64,000 nt of DNA from Octopus sinensis (lineage: Eukaryota), in contig NC_042998.1 of the NCBI RefSeq assembly GCF_006345805.1, positions 65,720,001-65,784,000 on the forward strand, in the 5' to 3' direction. Both the position numbers and the translations under genes were made by a program. Numbering within the stretch: the first letter of the stretch is position 1; each line of letters opens with the position of its first letter. Shown here one piece after another: positions 54,120 through 64,000 of the stretch. The notes below the pieces were generated by a model. That model was given only the letters and a program-made list of their open reading frames with translations. It had not been told where the DNA came from and searched no databases.

Positions 54120-54124
<5 letters not shown>
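53409..54124. mobile_element. Foldback/pseudo-LTR module with apparently identical inverted arms of about 163 bp plus a third partial copy
   Basis: 53409-53571 is the reverse complement of 53614-53776, and 54058-54124 is the reverse complement of 53541-53607; (TA)n on both sides. Confidence 0.85.
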
Positions 54125-54154
<30 letters not shown>

Positions 54155-54159
54155 TATAT

Positions 54160-54364
54160 AACGGGAAGCTTTATGAAAATAAACAAAAGACGAAGGCAGG
54201 TGGAAAACAAACGAACAATTGTATTAGTATGGCGCTCAGGAAATATAAATAAAACAAGTCTTTAACGTTTCGAGCCTACGCTCTTCAACAGAAAGATACA
54301 CAGAGAGAGAAAAACACAGAAAGAAGGAGAGAAAAAAATGCGTGCAGTAGCTAACGAATCAACA

Positions 54365-54365
<1 letters not shown>
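54160..54365 (-). mobile_element. Short hammerhead-bearing repeat (A6U-core family), motif at 54259-54296
   Basis: Reverse complement: tcttt-CTGTTGA-a-GAGC gtag GCTC-GAAAC GTT-aaaga. The downstream sequence is homologous to 62265-62355. Confidence 0.7.
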
Positions 54366-54398
<33 letters not shown>

Positions 54399-54457
54399 AG
54401 ATTAGCTCGTATACGAGTGGGTATATATTTGTTAAAAATGAAGTTTGAAAATGCCGC

Positions 54458-54834
54458 TATATTAGACAAATTTTAATTTAACATGTTTCGGTTCTTGAAA
54501 TAACGAACCTTATCAAAAAAGTTTTATATATAATAAAGAGAGTCCATGCTATATGTTTAAAGTGTATGATGTAATAGTTCATAATTGTGAAGTACATTCA
54601 ATAGCGTCAAATATAAAAAATTCATATATAATACTCTTTAAACATATAGCATGGACACTTTATTATATATGAATTTTTTTTATATTTGACTCTATTATAT
54701 CACAATTATGAACTATTACATCATACTATTTAAGCATATAGGATGGACTCTCTTTAGTATATATAAAAAATTTTTTTTTGATAAGGTTCGTTATTTCAAG
54801 AACCGAAACATGTTAAATTAATTTGTCTAATATA
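54458..54834. mobile_element. Foldback of about 375 bp carrying two outward-facing hammerhead motifs with a U3-A8 core
   Basis: The arms are near-perfect reverse complements. Each reads ttt-TTGATAA-GGTTC gttatttcaa GAACC-GAAAC at GTT-aaa (54775-54817 on +, 54477-54519 on -). Confidence 0.75.
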
Positions 54835-54839
54835 ATATA

Positions 54840-54872
<33 letters not shown>

Positions 54873-57171
54873 CAAACAAAGAGAGAGAGAAAGTATCTTC
54901 AGGTCTTTCAATGATCACATCCTATCTTGCACACTGACCATTACAAAGCAGCTGGCTTGGGCTAAAATTGATTACTTTTGGATTAGTCATTAATTTCCAT
55001 CCATAACCACTAATTTAGCATCTATCTATCTTTCTGTCTGTCTATTTGACTATCTATCTAACCAATTTATCGTCCTACTTACCTACCTACCGTCTCTCCA
55101 TCTGTCTATCTCTCTCCCCGTCTTTCTCTCTTTCTCTGTCTGTCTGTCTCTCTCTCTCTCTCTTTCTAGTTCATCTGAAGAGAAATAACATACTTTTTAC
55201 GGTAAAAGAATGATGACAGAAAAGTGTATGCACATTAACTCGAAGTGAACATATATACACCTTACTAATTATAGAACTAGCTGGTGGAAATATTAAATAA
55301 CTCTTTGTATACTAAGATGAGCCCAGTAACATTCAACAGCATTGCACCTCTCATTAGAAACCAAAGACAAAACATGTAAGTTAATTTCTGCTTATCCAAT
55401 TATGAAAAGTTTCAATATTTTGGTATTCACATATTTTGGAGTGCTATTATATGAGTATAATATACGCTATGATCCGTTGTATTGCTGTTGAGCCTCTGAT
55501 TATGTTTAACTCATTTTCCTCTGTTGCCCAATGTCATGTCTAATGTTTCGTACCGACCTGCACATACAGACATCTGCTCAACAACGAAATCGTACATTTC
55601 CAAATGTTATTTGTTTAGAGTACCATAAAATGATTCAGTGAGATTTTAATAAAATATTTGAGTGTTTGTTATTGGGTTTAGTCAGTTGCGTTGTAATAAA
55701 TTGCGAAGATGTTGAATATAGCAATATGTATGTTATGTATTCTTATAAATCTGATCTGGCAGCTAGAATGTCGACAAAGGTTAAATTGTCAGGCATGAAA
55801 TATTGGAGGAAATGAAGGTCTCTGACTCCTTCATAATGAATGAGTTTTGCAAAGGTTGTAGAGAGACCGAATTTATTTATCGTGTTAAATCTATAGTAAA
55901 GGTCGATTTCTTCAGGCTAAACAATGATTTGTACACTTCACTTAAATGCATTAATACAATGAACTGCTCAATAAATATTAAATCATATTTTCCTGTTGTT
56001 CGTAGGGAAAGTGCAAATTGTTTCGATTTAACAAAGGCCACTATTTAAACGAATGTATACCCAGTACATTAAAGTTACTGAATATTGTAGATGGCAAATA
56101 CCATTCTTACAAATTAATTAAATATCTAGAAAAATATCGGAAGAGATGTAGAATATATACACTATACTGTCTGTAATATTAGTTATCTATCTCACGCATT
56201 CAATATTAATTAATGAAAATATAGCAGGACATGATTTCGTAGGTTCTACGTTTGGGAATTCTCTTTTATGCATGACTTTGTAATCTAATGAAATATGCCA
56301 TTATACATCTTCTGATAATATTAATAAGAAATAACTGTTAAGGCAACATTGTTAAACACACATTTGGCATGTGTAGCATAACAAATCGTTTTTATAAAGG
56401 TTGTTTACTTTTCCTTTGACTTCATAATTGAAACACGCCTCGTTGTTATAAGTATGTAAGTTTCCGATCATTCGATAATTTCAAGATTGTAAGGTATGTC
56501 TAATATGTATTCAGAATTAAATGTATATTGATTAATTTTGTGCGACAGGACATATGCTTTCTTTAGTGCAATTGTAAGGCGTTATCATAGCAGAAATCGC
56601 AGCGGTAATGGCATATGACGTAAACAGCGAAATTAAGAATGTCACGGGGTCAAAATCCATGTATATGACCAAGGAAAGTTTTCTGAAAAGCGATCTTATG
56701 AATTTAATTTGTTTTCTTTGATATAGCATAAATACATTCAATGTCATACTGGGAAACAGGTAAATTTGAGGTCTTACGAGACAACGTAATTATTCACTTT
56801 AAATTTATTTGTTCCCTTCATATTAATATGCACATAGTGAATTGCCTTCAATCGAAAATATTATATCTAAGAAGACGGCCAATATCTGTATATTAGATAT
56901 ATAATTACAAGTAGAACTTTTACTTTATGGAAAATTATGGTAATTCTTCACAACAGAGCAATTCGGCTAGGGAAGTAATCGATGATTTAAACAAAAAAAA
57001 CACACCCTTACTGCATAGGATTGTAATACCAAGAATAAGTGTGAATCTTGCAGCAATTCCAATAAAATAAAAACTGTCTCCTTATATGGCATCTCACTTG
57101 TCACAGAAAGGCATCTTGGAAATTGCAAAAAACATACATATTTGTATGTATGTAACTATATATATGCATAT

Positions 57172-57520
57172 TAGACAAAAAGATATAACAAAACGAAGGC
57201 CGTTTGGAGATTTCAGGACATTTATAAGGAAAGAGATGTGAATGTAGTCTTACTGCTGTTTATGCGATAACATTATATTATAATTTATTTCTACTTTTAT
57301 TCTGTTACTTCCCTCTATATTCCCTATCTCCTACTTTTCCATAATATTTCGTTATTTCGAACTCAAACATTTGCCTCTATCTAACCATCTCACATCGTCC
57401 CTGATGAAGCGATATGCATAATATCACAGAAACAGCTTTAAGACTACATTTTATAACTATTTCCTTATAAATGTCCTGAAAACTCCTCACAGCCTTGGTT
57501 TTGTTATCTTTTTTTGTCTA
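57172..57520. mobile_element. Inverted-repeat pLTR-type module with a hammerhead motif at 57397-57444 (+)
   Basis: 57172-57262 is approximately the reverse complement of 57430-57520. The motif is gtcc-CTGATGA-agcGATATgcataATATCaca-GAAACagctTTA-agac; the inverted copy preserves GAAACagcaGTA-agac. Confidence 0.65.
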
Positions 57521-57727
57521 TAAGAATATCTTCATTAAATGAAGGTTTACATTGTCGCAAGGAGGAACACGTTTACACATGAAAGATTCAGTCAGAAGAT
57601 GTAGTGAGTGTAGGAGAAGACGAAATTGTAAAAGTACCGAGAAATACAGAAAAATATACAATGGGAGGAATGAGCAATGAATCAAGGTCATTTGATCGGT
57701 AGAACTCAATTGGGCTGTTTTGGCCGA

Positions 57728-57765
<38 letters not shown>

Positions 57766-57818
57766 GCATGCAAGTACATATTTATATATGTCTATATATT
57801 TATACATACATACATACA

Positions 57819-57899
<81 letters not shown>

Positions 57900-58679
57900 G
57901 ACTTCAGGTGATGTACAGATATTATAAATTTGAAAAAGAATAAGGTATTCAGATATCATGATGGTTGTACATCTATTAGTCTATATGAAAGCGCTTATAT
58001 GTGATTTGTAGAAACGTGACATGTTAATAAATATTTGTATATGTACAACCATCCAGATCTTATATGTATATATATATATTTATTTATTTAAATAGAGGTG
58101 AGAATAACCACCATAAGGGATAGAAAATATTCAATCGATTACTGGTTTGTTACTTATTACTATGTTGTGAATGATTATATTCCTAACATAAGTTGTATAA
58201 ATATAAAATTTATTTTAAACACATTCAAATTAAAATCCCGAAAACAGAGAAGTAGCGTTAACAAAATTCATTAAATTCAAAAATTCAACATGTTCACTTA
58301 CAGCTCTTTCGATTTTACCCCAAACATCTAAATTCCAGCAATTAAATCATTTTATTGAGCAAAATTTCGTCAAAGGAGTAAAAATGATATATCGTTAGGT
58401 TATTACAATTTGTTCTTGCAAAACATTCCAACAGACTGAATTTCATTTAATTACTAATATTGGTATAAACCTTGTCTAGTGGGTAATAGATTCTCTGATG
58501 GCAGTAATTGGTAAATAAATGTTAGATATTGAGTCAGAGTAAAAATAGTATCATATGAATGAAAGAATAAGTTAGTGATTACATTTATAATTTGTTTAAG
58601 TAATTGTTTGAATAATTATGAAAAAATAGATAAAGTATGTAATCATCATAGTCAAAGTGTACCTTCGAATTATTACATA

Positions 58680-58685
58680 TGCACA

Positions 58686-58727
<42 letters not shown>

Positions 58728-58961
58728 GTGTGTGTGTACATATATACATATATGAATATATATATATGTATATATATACATAAATATATATGTAGGTATG
58801 TATGTCAGTGTGTATGTATGTATAGGCGAGAAGAAAATGGAGGACAAAAATAAACAAGTGCCTTTGGATATATCTATACCTGAGAGGCTTTAAACACCCC
58901 TAACTTATACCTGTATATATATATATATATATGTATATGTATGTATATGTATATATATATG

Positions 58962-58992
<31 letters not shown>

Positions 58993-59266
58993 ATACATAT
59001 ATATATACATACATACATATATATATACATACATACATATATATATATACATACATATATATATATACATACATACATATATATATATACTTACATATAT
59101 ATATAACATACATATTATATATACATACTATATATATATATACGTATATATACATATATATATATTACAAATATATATATACATACATATATAATGTATA
59201 TATATATACATACATATATATGTATATATATACATACATATATATGTATATATATATATACATACC

Positions 59267-59306
<40 letters not shown>

Positions 59307-59520
59307 CAATATATATATATGTATATATATAAATATATACATATTTATATATAATATACATGCATATATAATATACATATATATATATATATATATAAAT
59401 ATATACATATTTATATATATATATGTACATGCATATATATATATACATATATATATATATATGTATATATAAATATATACATATTTATATATATATACAA
59501 TTATACATATATATATATAT
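58680..59520. repeat. Long (CA)/(TA)/(TACA) compound microsatellite with a short unique insert
   Basis: Directly visible. Confidence 0.95.
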
Positions 59521-59970
59521 ATTAAACAGATATACAGTTATGCAGTAGCAGCACAAAAAAGCGACGGTTTGTTGCCTACTTAATGTTGTAGTTAATATGC
59601 GCTAGAAATGAGACTCTAATGTGGATCACATTTTAAAGAGCATTTCAAATTACATGTCTATATGTCTAGACTATGGTTTCGTTTTACAAGGGTCATCGAC
59701 TATTTGAGCTAATGGCATGTGCTTAAGACAACTCAAAAAAGAAAATATGAGAAAACTTCTCTCCACTTCACAATACAGCAGTTCTTCCTTTGATCCTAAA
59801 GTCAAGTGTCTTCTACATTTCCATGCAAAGTAATCGATGACTTGTGAATAGAATTTGTTTCAAAAATACTTTTTGTTTGTCTTTCAGATGGTCAGAGATA
59901 AAATTATTGTCAAAAAAAAAAAGAAACATTGCATTTGCGTGAAACCTTTCTTGAACATCACAAAAAGTTT

Positions 59971-60130
59971 GCTCATTATTTACATCATTTACCTTATTTA
60001 TATTTGACGGATATTTGTCCTCATCTTGTTCGTTAGTACATCGTGTCGGCTGATATACTTTCAGTCTTCATCTGGTGCCTTGGGAATTCTCATTCCTGAT
60101 GCATTTTTCGATGTTGTTGTTATTATAATT

Positions 60131-60162
<32 letters not shown>

Positions 60163-60166
60163 AATA

Positions 60167-60233
<67 letters not shown>

Positions 60234-60386
60234 CCACTGCCTGGAATCGAAATCGGAGTCTTGGGGTTAGTAGCCCGCGCTCTTAACCACCATGCTATAT
60301 GCCCGTGGGCATATGGTGTAGTGAGGACAAATACCCGCCAAACGTAAATAATGTACATAATTCCTCATCTCTTAAATATAGAACTG
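59971..60386 (-). mobile_element. Second copy of the tRNA-head/hammerhead composite element
   Basis: Reverse complement: cagttctatatttaagagatgagg...(short inverted arm)...TAGCATGGTGGttaagagcgcgggctactaacc...GATTTCGATTCC...(AAT)n...CAGATGAagactgaaagtatatcagccGACAC...gatgaggacaaatatccgtcaaa. Confidence 0.8.
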
Positions 60387-60681
60387 GAAAAGTGTGCAGT
60401 TAAGCTCTCAAGGTAAACGAGGACAACTGAATAAAATACTTACTTGTTACGTTTAATTTCATTGCACATATTGTTCAAAAACTTGAGTCTGCTGCCTAAA
60501 CTGAATCGAAGATTTGTATGTAACTAGCGGCCGCGTGAATATTTCACTGATTAATGGTAAAGCTGTTGGGTTACGTTGAAAACTTTCCCTAAAAAACCTT
60601 GAATCGGTATGTAAAGATAGTCACTCATCTGCTAATCTTTGAAAAGTGAGGGAAATGGGAAGACGATGATACTTAATGTAC

Positions 60682-60750
<69 letters not shown>

Positions 60751-62199
60751 ATATACTTTATGCTCATTTTAGAGTCTTAAAACGCACCACTCATATAAAA
60801 TAAATATTCACGCTTACTTTTACATTTTCCCCATAGAGAAAAATAAACCGTACATATAATATAACGTTTAGTTGAATTGCATGTATATGCCAGGTCAATA
60901 AGCGTAAGTATTTCACGGTTTCACTTCAGCCCTTGCATTAAGTTATAGGTGATATAAGAAAAACTTAGTTCATATTTTAAACAGATACACTTTTCGCTAT
61001 CCAATCAACACAGTCAGTTCCAGCAGCACCGCCGCCACCATTCTCATTATCTTTTCTTACACCCCTCTCTCTCTCATATCTATCTATTTTCCCTCTCTCT
61101 TCCTCTCTCAATCGCTGTGATATTGTTTCACCTCACCATCAGAACATCATCTCTCTGCTAAAATTATATTTTTAATTCCCCTCTTCTAAATCCTCACTAC
61201 ACTCAACTAACTTTTTTAAGTAGGTAATAAATATTACGTTCCCCCTACCACGTGCCGTAGACGCTTCTCTCTCAATATTTTTCTTTCTCCGCCTTTTTCA
61301 CTCTCCTTTATCTTTCACCCTGTTTCTGTGTCACTCTTCTCCATATCCTCTTATTCTCTCTCCTTTTACTTTCCTATTTCTATCCCTTCAGCTAATCATG
61401 TGAAAGCGTTGCAATTATTTACCCAGTGCCTCACATCAGGGTTGCTTATTTCTCCTTCTTTTCATTTGCCCTCTTTTTCTCTAACTACATAAAAACGTTG
61501 CTGATGTGCTAAGAAACGGAATGGCAGGCAGATTAAGATTCTAGAGGATAAGATTCTAGACAGATCTACTGATGTGGAGTCATCAGAACATGATATATGT
61601 TTACAACGATAAAACATATCACTTCTATTTTCTTACGCTTATAATTGATAACGTGCGTGCATTCATATATCTAAATAGTAGAAATATTGCATAAAATTCT
61701 AAACTGTTTGGGATTTAAGTAGTTACAGATTTGCTATTCATTAACACTAAGTAAGTGTTTCAAATTTGATCGATATTTAATTTACGGCATTTCAAATCTT
61801 GATCATTTCATATAATTTTCTGCGCAGCCGTAATTCGTTTCCTAATTTATATCATTTTGTAGGGCAGTGATGAAAATTATCTGGGGACTGCTCAACACTT
61901 TTGTACGATATCAAAGCACATTGAGCTTTATAAAAACAACAGCTTCTAACTGTCATAAGTATGTGCGTGGAGGGGTCGAAGAAAAGAGAGATCTGCTGAA
62001 TTAGTCCCAAATTCGATGAAATATTTATTTTGTACAACACATGAATAAATGGTAACTTTTCTGAACTCCTTTTGCAATATAGCAACATTGGATCAAGAGG
62101 CAAAATTTCGCTCAAATCGCTATGTGTGTGTCTGTGCGCGTGTATGTATGTATTTATGTATATGTTGCACTGCTGAAACATACAAGAGTTTTTTTTTTT

Positions 62200-62355
62200 T
62201 TCATTCTCTCTGTTTATTTTCTCATTCCTTTCTGTTGAAGAACGTAAGCTCGAAACGTAAAAGACTTTTTCATTTTCCCGAGCGTCAAACTAATATACTT
62301 GCCTGTTGTTTATATAACTCTCTTCGTCTTTTGTTTTCCTATAAATTTCAACTAT
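62200..62355 (+). mobile_element. Short hammerhead-bearing repeat (A6U-core family), motif at 62228-62263
   Basis: cttt-CTGTTGA-a-GAAC gtaa GCTC-GAAAC GTA-aaag, followed by a (TA)(TG) array. Confidence 0.7.
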
Positions 62356-62363
62356 ATATATAC

Positions 62364-62408
<45 letters not shown>

Positions 62409-62949
62409 TATGTGTGTGTGTGTGTGTAGCAAAATACGGATAGAGAGAATCACATCTTTAATTGTTGAATTCACCATACAATTAAAGATGAGTTTGTCTG
62501 TATCTGTATTTTTTTTATACTATGAATTTCTTCATATTCTTCTAACTTACCTACCTGTCATACATGGAGAATTACTTTGGATCTTTATTGTCCTTGCATT
62601 TTCTTGCACCTGGTCAGTAAGTCAAGAATGAGTTCCATTGCATTCATGATTTCTTTGTCAAATTCTTTGATATGTGAACCAGACGAAATTTGCATCGTGT
62701 TTGTGTAAAAGTATTATGCCATTGATATATTATCTTGAATATATAGGATCTGGGGAAGCAACTCCCAACCTTCGGCATTTCATTTCCATCAGGGAAATAA
62801 ACAATGTATTTGTGGCATTGATTCATCATATTGTGTTTAGGCATTCCATTTCAATTCCACAGAACTAGATCCGTTGAGATAGGGATTCAGAATCCAATTT
62901 CATATTGTCATTGTTTGGGCACTGTAGCTCATTCGAGTATAATTATTCT

Positions 62950-63600
62950 TTGTAGACTTCTTTTAGACTTATAGTACCGGAATAGACTTAGTGTTATATC
63001 CGAGTGCAGGTGGACTTAGTTGGAATTTGTTGGAGATATTCGCCCAGGAACTGTTTGAATGTTATGAGACTTTCGCTTCCACTATATGTTAAGGTGGAAT
63101 AGTTCTGCCACAACGTTCTGGTGTGAGGCGGGTATGGTTTCTGTAGAAGATGGATGACGCGGGGACGAAGCCTTCTGTAAATTCTAGCCTTAATTCTAAA
63201 ACCATTTTGAGAATGTTGTTTCAATATTTTCCACAACATACAAATGTTATAGAGGTCACGGTAGCATTGGAGGGAATAAATTCTGAGCTCTTTCTGCCAA
63301 TCCCAGTGGTCAAAGGATATCCTGTCTTTTGCTTTTTTATGTGTGTCATTGATTTCCTGGTTGCGTCAATTTATATAATATTTTTTATCGTATATATAGA
63401 TGGGAACCATATTGGACAACGGTTATTCAATATGGGAATGGGTGAATTTGGAGAAGAGAAGGATAACACAATGAGCCTCTCTAGACTGGAAAATCCCGAG
63501 GATACATGGTCACGCTCTGCGAACAATGTTATCTTGGCTGTTTATGTTGATACTGAAGCTTATGTTGTTGCAAATGCACAATATTCATATCTTCAAATTT
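62950..63600 (-). mobile_element. Old, degraded 3' fragment of a LINE related to the 27.7 kb family
   Basis: Minus-strand pieces such as ILGIFQSRE..VILLFSKF and SESLITFKQFLGEYLQQIPTK align with ILRTFQSRDIHTIILLFSTF and ETDPIGFKKSLDRFLQEIPDK. Confidence 0.75.
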
Positions 63601-64000
63601 TCCAGTTGAAATGCTTTTAAATAGATATTATATTTAATTTACGAAACAAAATATTCTCCTAAAGTTGCTCCCATTAGAATAGAAATGATTTTAAACTGAC
63701 TTAACCAAGCAATTACTTTCATGTTTACTGCAAATGTGATATACAAACTTTATTTACTTGTGAATTATATTAAAGAAAAAGTTAATATATCCTATATGAT
63801 ACAACATGTCATTTCACATTGCGTGATGAATGAAATAATACATATATTTCTTTGGGAAATGTTTTGTGAATTTTTCTAATCATGTTTCAGGTACTATCAA
63901 GATATTACAGAGTTACATATCGAAAAAGTATTGTTTTCCATTCTGCTTCAAAATCTTTCCAGTTAAGATGACGTGCTGTTAATTTAATATTGTAATTTTC

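Noticed and set aside
55803-56747. Two 70-80 aa ORFs (55803-56048 on +, 56532-56747 on -)
   Set aside because: No recognisable domain, and the size is expected by chance; could be revisited with RNA-seq.

Overview
This is AT-rich, microsatellite-saturated eukaryotic genomic DNA. The tRNA-derived SINE families with internal (CA)/(TA) tracts, the LINE types and the repeat density suggest an octopus or other coleoid cephalopod, which is an inference only. No host protein-coding gene can be identified with confidence, and most ORF-track entries are translations of dinucleotide repeats. Recognisable content: (i) a near-full-length CR1/L2-group LINE (27.7-32.4 kb) whose ORF1 appears to carry a Myb/SANT-like domain plus two CCCH fingers, with a 5'-truncated sister copy and two older LINE fragments; (ii) a full-length but broken mariner element, MITEs and Helitron-type elements; (iii) many copies of two tRNA-derived SINE families; (iv) Penelope-like element (PLE) RT and GIY-YIG remnants with direct and inverted pseudo-LTR-type repeats. 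The most striking signal is a dispersed set of about a dozen minimal type I hammerhead-ribozyme motifs from about seven sequence families. Where stem III is intact it is palindromic or nearly so, and most motifs sit beside (TA)n arrays. They include a U3-A8 compensatory core variant, an A6U-core family, and a composite element in which a Pol III tRNA-like head is enclosed by inverted hammerhead modules. All structures were read by eye; nothing was folded or searched computationally.
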